From positions 1-64,000 of the forward strand of contig CAVWLW010000026.1 of assembly GCA_963755715.1 (NCBI GenBank): a stretch of DNA of 64,000 nt, in the 5' to 3' direction. Source of the DNA: an uncultured delta proteobacterium. GTDB lineage: Bacteria; Desulfobacterota; Binatia; UBA9968. This document shows, one piece after another, positions 19,721 through 29,951 of this stretch (position 1 is the first letter of the stretch; each line of letters begins with the position of its first letter). Position numbers and translations under genes: made by a program. Below the pieces are notes generated by a model. That model was given only the letters and a program-made list of their open reading frames with translations, had not been told where the DNA came from and ran no database searches.

Positions 19721-20584
19721 ATGAATTTTCTTTTTGCCCTTTTGTTCAGCCTTTTTATCGCCGACAGCGCACTCGCCCTCGATGTTCCACCGCTGAAGTC
19801 GTTGGTGACTGACTTGGCGGGAATGTTCCCGCCGGCGAGCTTGGAAGATCTCGACCAACGTCTGCGCCGTTTCAAAACGGAGACCGCCAACGATGTCGTG
19901 GTGTTAACCGTCAAATCTCTCGACGGCGAAGACATCGAAAAGTTAACGCGCGCCACATTCGCCGCATTGCCTCTCGGCGATGCCCAGCGGCGACGAAGCG
20001 TTCTGCTCGTTGTCGCGCGCAAGGAGCGGCAAGTCGCCTTTCATGCCGGCTCGCAGTTGCAGGCGCTGCTTCCCGAGCCGGTCGCGAGTGAGAAGCTCCA
20101 GGCCCAAGTAGCGCTTTACTGGGACGGATTGAGACCGGATCTTGGGATTCATGGCGCCGTCCATTATCTCTTGCGCGTGATCCGCGGCGACATTCGCGTC
20201 GGCAGCCAAACCGAAGAAGAAAAACTCGAAGAGACCTCTTCACGCGGCCGAGAAGCCGGGGCGATCTTCGCGTTTTGCCTGGCGCCTTTTCTGGCTTTTT
20301 TCACCAGCGCTCTGTGGGGCATTTACGCTACGCAATACGGTATACAACGGATCACTCGACTGTCTATGGGTGCGATCTTCGGCGGCGGCGCGGCGAAAAT
20401 CGTCGCCACCCTCATGTCGTTTCTCGGCAACTATGGCGATAATTTGTGGTACTTCATCATGGCCCTTGCCATTCCGCTCGGCGTGTTTGGCAGTCTCACC
20501 GAATTCTGGATGTCGGGCGATTGGAGAGGCATTCCGCGCGTCAAAGAATCGCCGCGCAAGCCCGAAGACAAAATGGGCATATGA
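19721..20584 (+). CDS. TPM-domain (YgcG-like) membrane protein
   Basis: ALDVPPL..VTDLAG, VVVLTVKSLDGEDIE, VLLVVA; three C-terminal TM segments. Confidence 0.8.
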   Translation: MNFLFALLFSLFIADSALALDVPPLKSLVTDLAGMFPPASLEDLDQRLRRFKTETANDVVVLTVKSLDGEDIEKLTRATFAALPLGDAQRRRSVLLVVARKERQVAFHAGSQLQALLPEPVASEKLQAQVALYWDGLRPDLGIHGAVHYLLRVIRGDIRVGSQTEEEKLEETSSRGREAGAIFAFCLAPFLAFFTSALWGIYATQYGIQRITRLSMGAIFGGGAAKIVATLMSFLGNYGDNLWYFIMALAIPLGVFGSLTEFWMSGDWRGIPRVKESPRKPEDKMGI

Positions 20585-20634
20585 CGAGGCTGAGTACATA
20601 AACGCGCGGACGGAGAACCTGTGCGTTCGCCGAG

Positions 20635-21565
20635 ATGATGTCGATTCATCCTGACCGTATGTCGCGGCGCGATTTGTTACGAGCTGCACTCGGCGCCGGC
20701 GTCCTCGCATTTGCAGGAGAATATGCCATGGCGGATTCCGTCATTCGCAAGCCCATCCCGAAAACCGGCGAGATGTTGCCGGCCATCGGTCTCGGCACCT
20801 GGCAAACCTTCGACGTGGGCACAACTCCATCTGCCCGTGCGCCGCTCAAAGAAGTTTTGCGCGAATTCGTCCGCTTGGGCGGAAGCGTCGTCGACTCCTC
20901 GCCGATGTATGGCAGATCCGAAAGCGTCACCGGCGATCTCGCCGCCGAGCTCGGCGTGCAAAAGAAACTTTTTCTCGCGACCAAAGTTTGGACCAGCGGG
21001 CGCGACGCCGGGATACGGCAAATGGAAGAATCTTTCAAGCGTCTGCGCAGCCGCACGCATGGATCTGCTGCAAGTTCACAATCTGGTCGATTATCGCACG
21101 CATCTCGCAACCCTGAGAGGCTGGAAAGAACAGGGCAAAGTTCGCTATATCGGCGTCACCCATTACACCGCCAGCGCCTACGACGATCTCGCGCGTGTGC
21201 TCGCCAACGAAGAATTGGATTTCGTCCAGCTTAACTACTCAATCGCGGAACGCGAAGCGGAAAAACGCCTCTTGCCTCTAGCCCTCGAAAAACGACTCGC
21301 GGTGCTCGTGAACCGGCCGCTCACCGCCGGCGCATTGTTTAACAAAGTGCGCGGCAAATCTCTGCCGCCCTGGTCAAAAGAAATCGGTTGCGCGAGCTGG
21401 GCACAGTTTTTCTTAAAATTTGTTATCTCTCATGCGGCGGTTACCTGCGCGATTCCGGCAACCGCCAAAGTCGAGCATTTAGTCGACAACATGCAGGCCA
21501 TGCATGGACCGCTGCCCGATGCTTCCGGGCGCGAGCGTATGGCGCGCTACCTGAGCGAGATTTGA
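20635..21565 (+). CDS. Aldo/keto reductase with Tat-like signal (frameshift near 21050)
   Basis: SRRDLL, IGLGTW, DSSPMYG, LATKVW / DLLQVHN, QLNYS, AIPAT. Confidence 0.88.
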
Positions 21566-21709
21566 TGCCAGATGGACAGAATCGAATCACGACGATCGAC
21601 TTTGGCTCGTCGCGGAAACGGCGCGTGTCGTAGGCGCGATCGTTCGTTGACAGCCTTTAAAGTGGGTGATAGCGCTGGTTACTAATTCGACTCAGCAAGG
21701 AGGCACATT

Positions 21710-22087
21710 ATGCCGAAGCTTCGTCATCTCGCTATCCTCACGCATCAGCCCGACAAACTCGCCGACTTTTATAAACGAGTATTCGACATGACTGAAATGT
21801 ACCGGACCAAAAACGGTTCGGTGCATCTTTCCGACGGCGAAGTCAATCTCGCCATATTGAATGCCACGGATCCCAAAGAACCCGGCCATCAACCAGGCCT
21901 CTACCATTTCGGTTTTCACGTCGAAGACAACAAGGAAATTTCCAAGCGCATCAACGAAGTCTACCCCGATGGCGCGCCCAAGGAGCGCGAAGCCACCTAC
22001 GCCGAGGGTCGCGGCTCTGATCCTGACGGCAACCTTTTCGACATATCCACGGTGGGCTGGGGTCCGAAACGGAGAATGGATCTCTAG
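21710..22087 (+). CDS. VOC/glyoxalase family protein
   Basis: LRHLAI, LYHFGFHV, DPDGNLFDI; AAGGAGG RBS; TTGACA at 21647. Confidence 0.88.
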   Translation: MPKLRHLAILTHQPDKLADFYKRVFDMTEMYRTKNGSVHLSDGEVNLAILNATDPKEPGHQPGLYHFGFHVEDNKEISKRINEVYPDGAPKEREATYAEGRGSDPDGNLFDISTVGWGPKRRMDL

Positions 22088-22288
22088 TCCCGGCGCTCTC
22101 CGCAAAGCCGAGCGATCCTCGGCTCCCGCACAGACAGAAATCCAGTTTCGCGCCAAACGAAGTTGGCTGCCGGGCCACGAGCCCGGTCAACCAGCATAAG
22201 GACTTACTTCACGCGAGGGCGAAGATCTCATCCCAGATCGAGACACTAATCCGACAGCAAGCTGCTCGATCCAGGCCGCTTTTTGCTT

Positions 22289-22717
22289 CTACTTCAGCGT
22301 CTTCTTCAAGATGCGCACCGCAGCGTCCGCGTCAGTCGCGTTGTCGAAGGCGAAATAAGAGACAGCGCGCCGACCGAGCGCGGCGGCCGAAATGCCGCGC
22401 AGGTTGATGCCTTCGGTGGCGAGGGCATCGGCCATTTTCGCCCCCAAACCGGCGCGGTCCGGTCCTTCCACGCGCACGGATTGCAGGCTTTCACTCGTGG
22501 CGAGTCCGGCCCGCTGGGCAGCCCCTTTTTGTTTCACGCCGCTGATCGGCGTTAAAAAGACCACTCCCGTGCCCGGCTTATCGGGAGCACGGCGGGCAAC
22601 GAGGAATTCGATATTGCTGCCTGCCGCTTGCAGCGCCGCAAGCGTGCTCGCCAATCCGCCGGGACGATCGGCGATCTCTCCTGCCCAGACGTTCACTTTC
22701 TTGACCGTGTACGCCAT
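22289..22717 (-). CDS. Tandem ACT-domain protein
   Basis: DRPGGLA..L and DRAGLGAKMA..GINL; GAGGAGG RBS. Confidence 0.85.
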   Translation of the reverse strand: MAYTVKKVNVWAGEIADRPGGLASTLAALQAAGSNIEFLVARRAPDKPGTGVVFLTPISGVKQKGAAQRAGLATSESLQSVRVEGPDRAGLGAKMADALATEGINLRGISAAALGRRAVSYFAFDNATDADAAVRILKKTLK

Positions 22718-23054
22718 ATTACACCTCCTCAAACGTTGACCGATGGCCGATAAACGAGAGCATGAAGCGTAAACAAAGAAGCCGATCTCTGCGCGCCTCT
22801 TATCACCGCACCCTAGAAAGTGTCAAGAAAATCATAACAATTCCGCAAGCGATTGCATGATAACTTGTTGAAGTAACCCTGCGTCTTCACGGGTCAAGGT
22901 AGACACGGATTTCGCCGCATTAAAATGTTGTCGACGACAATATTGGACCACCGTGACACTGCGAGGAACGCTCAGCGCCAAGCATGTTAAATAATCGTTT
23001 CACCACAAAAAACGATTGAAGGAACGCTATCTTCATGATAAGGTGCCGAGGCTA

Positions 23055-24029
23055 ATGAAACAAAAATCTATAAATCTGATAGCTTCCTACTTTATCCAAT
23101 GGTTCGATGCCGACTATCATGCCGCGGGCGTGCTAGGAAAGATCCGCGATATCGACCGCGTCAACTGGATCCGCTGTTTACCCTTTGTCATTTTGCACTT
23201 GGGTTGCCTGGGCATCTTTGTCGTCGGCTGGAGCTGGACTGCCGTTTGCGCCGCCATCGCGCTTTATATCGTCAGGATGTTTGCCATCACTGGAATCTAC
23301 CATCGCTATTTTTCCCACCGTACGTTTAAAACGTCGCGTCCGGCGCAGTTCTTATTTGCTCTCTTAGGCGCTTCGTCGGCGCAGCGCGGTCCGCTTTGGT
23401 GGGCCGCCAATCACAGAAATCATCATCGCGAATCGGACACCCCGGACGATCCGCACTCGCCGGTTCATTACAGCTTTTTTCGCTCTCACGCCGGCTGGTT
23501 TATGTGCACCCGCTACTACGCCACCCAATACGAGCGGATCAAGGATTTCGCGCGTTTTCCTGAGTTGGTTTGGCTCAACCGCTTCGATAAGGCGATTCCA
23601 GTGGCATTAGGTCTTGGCGTCTATCTCTGCGGGCTCTGGTTGGAGTATACCTTGCCGGCTCTTGGCGTCACGGGCTTGCAACTGTTTGTTTGGGGATTTG
23701 TACTAAGCACAACCATACTGTTTCACGCCACCGCCAGTATCAACTCTCTGGCGCATCTATTCGGCTGGAAGCGCTACGAAACTGGCGACGAGAGCCGCAA
23801 CAATTTTTGGCTGGCGCTGATAACTTTGGGTGAAGGGTGGCACAACAATCACCACAAGCACATGGGCTGCACCCGTCAGGGATTTTACTGGTGGGAAATC
23901 GATATCACTTACTATTTTTTGAAAGTACTCTCCTGGATCGGCGTCATCTGGGATCTCAAGCCGGTGCCCCACAAGGCGTACAGCCACGACGAGCAACTGC
24001 CCCGCAGAAAGTACGCGTCGGCGGCCTGA
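23055..24029 (+). CDS. Acyl-CoA (delta-9-type) fatty acid desaturase
   Basis: His boxes HRYFSH, HRNHH and GEGWHNNHH. Confidence 0.92.
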   Translation: MKQKSINLIASYFIQWFDADYHAAGVLGKIRDIDRVNWIRCLPFVILHLGCLGIFVVGWSWTAVCAAIALYIVRMFAITGIYHRYFSHRTFKTSRPAQFLFALLGASSAQRGPLWWAANHRNHHRESDTPDDPHSPVHYSFFRSHAGWFMCTRYYATQYERIKDFARFPELVWLNRFDKAIPVALGLGVYLCGLWLEYTLPALGVTGLQLFVWGFVLSTTILFHATASINSLAHLFGWKRYETGDESRNNFWLALITLGEGWHNNHHKHMGCTRQGFYWWEIDITYYFLKVLSWIGVIWDLKPVPHKAYSHDEQLPRRKYASAA

Positions 24030-24174
24030 ACCAGTTCCAAAGATTCGCCGGCGCGACAATCGGAACGCCGCGCAGTTTCGCGTTCACGTCCACACGCGGC
24101 GGCGCACGGGCGATTACGAAAACTTGCGTTTCAGAGCCGCCGCGGTTAGCATTACACCTCGCTGACGATTGGTT

Positions 24175-24693
24175 ATGCAGACGGTTCCGGACTTCTTAAA
24201 AAATCTTTCCTTATTTCAGGACTTGGACCCACCAGCCTTATCCACCTTGGCGGCGCTTTTAGTTTCAACAAAAATCTCAGCCCGCGCCGTTATATTTCGC
24301 GAGTCGAGCGACTCCGACGCGCTCTATATCGTGCAAACTGGGCAGATCGTTATCAGCAAGCATGTTCAGGGCGAGGTGGATATAGTTCTCACCCGCTTTC
24401 GCAGCGGCGATTTTTTTGGCGAGATGGGGCTCTTCGACGCCGCACCGCGTTCCGCCACGGCGCACGCCGAGACCGATTCGATTCTCCTACGCCTCGATCG
24501 CAAAGCGTTTCAACAAATCCTCGCCGACTATCCAGAGATGGCCGCGCGGATCTGCTACCGGCTGATCACCGTCTTCATCGAACGACTGCGCGCCACCAAT
24601 GAGCAGGCCCGTGAGGCGATCCGTTGGGGCCTGGAGGCTACCGGATACTCTCCGATCAACGACCAGGTCTCTTTCGGACGCAAATCTACTTGA
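24175..24693 (+). CDS. Stand-alone cyclic nucleotide-binding domain protein
   Basis: GDFFGEMGLFDAAPRSAT phosphate-binding cassette; no HTH. Confidence 0.88.
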   Translation: MQTVPDFLKNLSLFQDLDPPALSTLAALLVSTKISARAVIFRESSDSDALYIVQTGQIVISKHVQGEVDIVLTRFRSGDFFGEMGLFDAAPRSATAHAETDSILLRLDRKAFQQILADYPEMAARICYRLITVFIERLRATNEQAREAIRWGLEATGYSPINDQVSFGRKST

Positions 24694-24700
24694 TGCTCTC

Positions 24701-25922
24701 ATGGCCGATCCAGCGAAGCTCGAGCTGCTGACCCGACCCGCCGGCGAAGCCGGATTTCAGACCTTCGAGATCGACAGCCACCACGTCTACTGGGCGCACA
24801 AACCACGGCGGTTGCCGCAAACGGAATGGGAGGTCACCGCGCAGCCGACCGGCGCGGACGGCGCGCGCCACTTTGTCCTGAAAAATCTTCGTCAGGACAG
24901 TTATCTGCTGCTGAGCTCGAAGGAATACTATCTGTGGGAATACTTCGACGGCCGCCACTCGCTCGAAGAAATCGCCCGCGCCTTCCATCTTGCCTTCGGC
25001 GCTTTCGACTATGCGCTGATCCGCCAATTGCTCACAAAGCTTTACAACTGCGGCGTTATCGAAGGGCAATACGTCATCGATTTTCGATCGAGTCCAGCCG
25101 GCGCGAGCGGCCGGCGCTGGAGCCGCTGGCTTCGCATGGGGCTTGAGAAAATGGCGCGGCCTGTCTTTTCGCATTCCCCATGCGGACCGATTTTGCTCGA
25201 TCCTTTATGACCGCGGCGGTTTTCTGCTCTTTCATCCGCTCACTTTCTGGGCGAGCGTCGCCATCGCGGTTTTTGCGTTTACGCTGGCGCTCCGGTCCGG
25301 TCCGGACGCGGGCAACTTTGCTTATTTCATCAAAGCGCGCCCCGTACTCATGACGAGCGTGATGCTCGCCACCGTGCTATTGGTTTCGCTGCTGCACGTG
25401 CTCCTCCATGCGCTCGCTTGCAAAGCCTACGGCCGCCGTGTGCGCGAGATCGGATTTTTTCTGCTCCAGGGGATCGTGCCGACATTTTACGCGGACGTGA
25501 CCGACATCTTCATGTCGAGCCGGCGCGTTCGGGTCACGGTCGATTTAGCGGGGCCAATGGTCGAAGTCGTATTGGGCAGCGTGGCGATTTTGGGCGCTCA
25601 CGCAACGAGCCCTGGCATCGAACAGGCGCTGCTGCTCGGCATCGGCATCTCGCTCTGGGAAAGCGCCTTGATCAATCTCTACCCCTTCAACTTTCTCGAA
25701 ATGGACGGCTACAATATACTCTCCGATCTATTGGCCATGCCGATGCTCAGACAACAGGCTCTGGCCCTGGTTCCGAGCTTGCCGCAGCGCCTGCGCAGCG
25801 TGAAGACGATCGAGCGCGCCGAGTGGCTCCAACTCGGCTATCTGGCGCTTTGCCTGATTTCCGTGGTGATTTATTTGGTCGCGCACATCGACGCGATCCG
25901 TTCGCTAATCCGCCTGTCTTAG
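24701..25922 (+). CDS. PqqD/RRE-like domain fused to M50 (site-2 protease) domain, YydH-like (frameshift near 25150)
   Basis: LWEYFDGRHSLEEIA wHTH; HVLLHALACK, FYADVTD, LAGP, NLYP..MDGY. Confidence 0.8.
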
Positions 25923-25975
25923 TGACTGAGCTTGTCCAACAGATTGGCGAAGCAATGCCTTGTTAAGATCAAGCC

Positions 25976-26956
25976 TCATCGACCCGCTTCGACCTGTTTG
26001 ACGTAGGTTAGATCGACAACTTCCTGCGCATCGACGCTGCTCGCTTGCGGGAACTGGTCCGCCATCATTTCCAACGCGGTTTTGATCGCCTCGACGGACG
26101 GATAAGGATATTTCGGCATGCGTTTGCTGAAATAGCCGTAAGTCTCTTCCAGCATCTCGTCGCTCGCGCCCCTCAGGTAGCGCTTCATCACCGCTAGACT
26201 TCTTTCTTTGTTGGATTTGAATATTTGGATGGCATCGGTAAGTGTGCGCACGAGCCGAAGCGTGACGTCGGGATTTTTTTTCACGTTGACTTTCAGAGTC
26301 GAGATGCCGACGTAGGGATACTGGACGCCGAGATCGTCAAAATCGAGCAGTTCGCGAAAACCCATTTTCCGCGCGAGCAACCTGGACGGCGTCGTCAGCA
26401 TGGCGGCGTCGACCACACCGCGCTCCAAAGCCGGTAAGATCGCCGCGGTCTCGCCGACGGGCACGATCTTCACATCCCGTCCGGGCTCCAAGCCGACCTT
26501 TCGTTTGAGAATGTAGTGCAGCAAAATATCCGTCACCGCCCCGGGGCGGCCCGACGCGATATTTTTCCCCTGCAGTTCCTTCACGGTTTTAATCTGTTGC
26601 TTGGAAAAGATTGATGATCCGGTCGTGCTCATAAAGGACGCGATGATCACGAGGTCCTTGGTCCCGGCGGCGTAGCTCGACACAACTCCGGTGCCGGTGG
26701 AAACCACGTACTGCGCGTCGCCGCTGAGCAGGAGTTGATGCGGCCTTGCCCGGCCGGCGTAGACGGCTTCGAAATCCAAACCGTATTTTTTCCCGAGCCG
26801 GTCGTCGACGGCAAGCCAGAGCGGCGTGTAAGCGCCCGTGAAGGACGAGTAAATGATCTTGAGCTTCAGCGGCTCGCCGGCGGCGAAGCCTTGATCGGCC
26901 ATTGCAGCCCAACCAGCGCAAAACAAAATTAGCCAGAGAACTATTTCACGCAACAT
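25976..26956 (-). CDS. NMT1/SsuA-type ABC substrate-binding protein
   Basis: Signal peptide, PLWLA, ELQGK, GLEPGRDVKI, GVVDAA. Confidence 0.85.
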   Translation of the reverse strand: MLREIVLWLILFCAGWAAMADQGFAAGEPLKLKIIYSSFTGAYTPLWLAVDDRLGKKYGLDFEAVYAGRARPHQLLLSGDAQYVVSTGTGVVSSYAAGTKDLVIIASFMSTTGSSIFSKQQIKTVKELQGKNIASGRPGAVTDILLHYILKRKVGLEPGRDVKIVPVGETAAILPALERGVVDAAMLTTPSRLLARKMGFRELLDFDDLGVQYPYVGISTLKVNVKKNPDVTLRLVRTLTDAIQIFKSNKERSLAVMKRYLRGASDEMLEETYGYFSKRMPKYPYPSVEAIKTALEMMADQFPQASSVDAQEVVDLTYVKQVEAGR

Positions 26957-27005
26957 GCATTGTCTCCTCTAGGATGAGATCTTTCGCGCACGAAGAAAGG
27001 CGCGG

Positions 27006-28076
27006 CTATTTTCGACTCAGGTCTCTTAGCAGCTTTTCCCAGCGGTCGCTCTCCCGTTCGAGCTCCACGATCGACATGCCCTTTTCTATGTACCATCGTT
27101 TAAAGCCATATTCTTTCACGGCGCTGCCGTAATCGTAACTTTCCAAAATTTTTTGTCCGTCCGGACTGAAGAGGAAATCGATGAACAGCACCGCCGCATG
27201 CGGATGCGGCGCTTGCGACGACAATCCCGCGCTGCCCGCGCTCGCCGGGACGATTTCCATCGGCAGCCAAGCCACCGGCGCGCCTTTTGCCGCCGCGACC
27301 AGCGCGTGATTGCGGAAGATCGTCGGCGATGCTTCGACTTCGCCGGAAATGATCATGTCGTTGAGCGCCTGCGCCGAAACCGAGTGCATCGTCAGTTCTT
27401 GAGTACGCAATCTCTTGAGAAACTCTTCTCCCTTAGCTCTGAGCATTGCCCCAACCGTGCGTGACCCCGTGTCCGTCGTCACGAAGGCCATCTTGCCCTT
27501 GAGCGCCGGATTTAAAAGGCCGTCATAATTTTTTGGCACCGCGGTTGCCGGAAGTTTGTCTTTGTTGTAGGCGAAACCCATGTAAGACTCACGGTCGGTC
27601 GCCCAATAGACGGTTCCCTTTCCCGCTTCTTCTTTGGCCTCGGCGGCAAACTTGGCGAGATGCGGAACATAAAACGGCACGAGCCGCTTCATTGCCCGCA
27701 TCAGCATCAGTAACGGCGGCGAGCTTTCGGCCACGTCCATTAAATATTTTTTCGCCTGGGTCTCGGCCAGAACTTTGGCGATCAGGTCGCGGCTCGTGCC
27801 GCGATAGGCTTCCACCGGCACGGCATATTTCGTTTCGAAAGCGCGTGCCAGATCGCGATATGAGCCGCCCGCAAGCGCAGTGTACCAAACGACCTTACCT
27901 TCCTTTTTCGCGCCCGCGACCAATAGCTGCTCACGGTCCGGGCCATTGTAAACGGCCAGCTCGGCGAGAGTGGTGGGTTTAGAAATCTGCGCCGCCAAGC
28001 CAAACGGATGCACGAATGCTAAGATCGAAATTATTGCTGCGAGATATCTCACGGTTTTTTTACTTCTGAAGAGCAA
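27006..28076 (-). CDS. Fe3+/polyamine-type extracellular solute-binding protein (start uncertain)
   Basis: GAKKEGKVVWY, LLNPALKGK, APHPHAAVLFIDFLFSPDGQ. Confidence 0.85.
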   Translation of the reverse strand: MLFRSKKTVRYLAAIISILAFVHPFGLAAQISKPTTLAELAVYNGPDREQLLVAGAKKEGKVVWYTALAGGSYRDLARAFETKYAVPVEAYRGTSRDLIAKVLAETQAKKYLMDVAESSPPLLMLMRAMKRLVPFYVPHLAKFAAEAKEEAGKGTVYWATDRESYMGFAYNKDKLPATAVPKNYDGLLNPALKGKMAFVTTDTGSRTVGAMLRAKGEEFLKRLRTQELTMHSVSAQALNDMIISGEVEASPTIFRNHALVAAAKGAPVAWLPMEIVPASAGSAGLSSQAPHPHAAVLFIDFLFSPDGQKILESYDYGSAVKEYGFKRWYIEKGMSIVELERESDRWEKLLRDLSRK

Positions 28077-28105
28077 ATCAGCGGATCACCCGGTCATGTC
28101 GACGT

Positions 28106-28717
28106 TCATCTCCATGCGTCCGCCGACTCAGGTTGCATCGCCAAGGGATTTTCCCGATCGAACTCCCATCGCGTGGGGTTGTCGAGAATGTATTCGCGAA
28201 TACGATGAAGCGATTCTTCATTGCGGATGACGTGTTCGTAATAGTTGCGTTGCCAAAGCCGACTTTCAAACCGGCTCCAGTCAAATTGTTTGACACCGTC
28301 GACATAACGCTTCGTCGTAAGCGTTTTGAATCGATGGACGATATCTGCCAATGACAGAACATGTACAGCATCGTGTTTCGGTCGCGGGTCGTTTGTAGGG
28401 GCAACCCCCTGTGGTTGCCCTCCTGACTGAATGTCGGCACAGGCGCCCACTCCGACCAAGGCTATAATACCGTGAACGTGATTCGGCATGATTACGAATG
28501 CATCTGTTTCGACACTCGGATAATGCTGTGGTAACTGATCCCAAATCGCTTGGATCATTTGTCCAGCATCATTCAACTGCAATCGGCCGTTCACGACGTC
28601 TCCGAACAAACACGCACGGTTTTGCGTTACCATCGTCACGAAATATGCGCCGGATCGTTTGTAATCATAATTCTGCAACCGAATGGAACGCCGATGCTTA
28701 TTCCGATCGTTCTTCAT
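28106..28717 (-). mobile_element. REP-associated tyrosine (Y1/HUH) transposase, RAYT
   Basis: RRSIRLQNYDY, GAYFVT, IMPNHVHGI, WQRNYYEHVIR, YILDNP; flanked by REPs. Confidence 0.9.
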
Positions 28718-28759
28718 GAATGAAATCAAAAGAGGGCAACCACAGGGGGTTGCCCCTAC
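28395..28759. repeat. Identical inverted 27-bp REP pair (28395-28421 and 28733-28759)
   Basis: GTAGGGGCAACCCCCTGTGGTTGCCCT on opposite strands; one inside and one upstream of RAYT. Confidence 0.85.
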
Positions 28760-28828
28760 ACAATACATTCCCGTTTGATACCAACTGCAGGTGCGCTTTT
28801 CTGCGGCATCTGCATCGGACGCGACCTG

Positions 28829-29779
28829 TCACACCCCCGCCAACGCCGCTGCCTCCGCATGGAAAAACGCCATGTAATCGATCCGCGTTGGCGACAGACC
28901 CTGCTCCTGCGCGTACTGGGTCATCGCTTCCAACACTTTTCGATTGTTCTCGATGTTGTAAGCCCAATAATTCTCGCCCATCAGCTCCCGTTGCTCCGCG
29001 ACGGCAGCCGCGATCCATGAATAGGCAATCACCTGCGGGTCCGATCCTTCGAGGCGTTCAAAGGCGATGTCGCGCGATCTGCGAAACGCTTTGAGCAATG
29101 CCACCGGCGCGCCCGGATGCCGATCTACGAACTCCTGCTTCAACGTAACGATATGGCTGGTCGGAAAAATGCCGGTCTTCTTGAAATAATTCTGCTCCTC
29201 GCTTCGGTAGTCGCGAAACAAGCGGCGCGTGCGCGGGTCGCGCGCCGAAATCGACGGCAGCAAATTGGGTCCGATAACCGCATCGATCTTTCCGGCGATC
29301 AACAAATCGTCCAGCCGATGATCGGCATCGCCGTCGCCGGCGATTGGCTCGATGCGTATGCCGTCGGCTACGCCGTCTTTCTTTACCCGCGCCGCCAACC
29401 AGTCGATGCGTTTGAGGTCCACCCCGTAATAATGTTGCAGCGCGCCACGCGCCCACACCCCGGCGGTGTTGTCCCACTGCATGATGCCGACCCGCCTGCC
29501 TTCCAAATCTTTTGCCGTCTCGATGCCCGCTTTGCTGTTGACGAATATATAGGCGAGGCGAAACTTACGGTTGGGAAAAGCAGGGATCGAAATATGCGGT
29601 TCCTCTTTCGCATAAGCGCGCACGCGCGCTGCGAATCCGCAGTCCCAGGCGTCGCACTGATTTTCGTCGGGAACGAATTCCCAATCGAAGCCGTCGATCT
29701 TCACCGTGCCGTCGGTGATTGGAATATTGGTGTCGATGGTCGGCTCGCGAAAATAGAATTTCAGTTTTGGATTGGCCAT
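28829..29779 (-). CDS. 4,5-dihydroxyphthalate decarboxylase-like protein (SBP fold)
   Basis: DGTVKIDG, FPNRKFR, DLEGRRVG, TAGVWARG, TGIFPTSH, YAQEQGL. Confidence 0.75.
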   Translation of the reverse strand: MANPKLKFYFREPTIDTNIPITDGTVKIDGFDWEFVPDENQCDAWDCGFAARVRAYAKEEPHISIPAFPNRKFRLAYIFVNSKAGIETAKDLEGRRVGIMQWDNTAGVWARGALQHYYGVDLKRIDWLAARVKKDGVADGIRIEPIAGDGDADHRLDDLLIAGKIDAVIGPNLLPSISARDPRTRRLFRDYRSEEQNYFKKTGIFPTSHIVTLKQEFVDRHPGAPVALLKAFRRSRDIAFERLEGSDPQVIAYSWIAAAVAEQRELMGENYWAYNIENNRKVLEAMTQYAQEQGLSPTRIDYMAFFHAEAAALAGV

Positions 29780-29951
29780 GACTATCCTCCGTTCACGATA
29801 ATTCTCGAACGTCCGTCACATCGCCATCAGCTCTTATCACCAAATCGTGCGGTGGGGTAGCCGAGCCCGCTAAAATTGCCTTTTTTTTGAATTACTGATA
29901 GCGAGAGACGAGAATAAGTTGGCGGCCTATTGAACAGTCTGGAGGCTAATT

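Noticed and set aside
22928-22940. TTGTCGACGACAA palindrome as an operator for the desaturase
   Set aside because: Single short instance with no cognate regulator nearby
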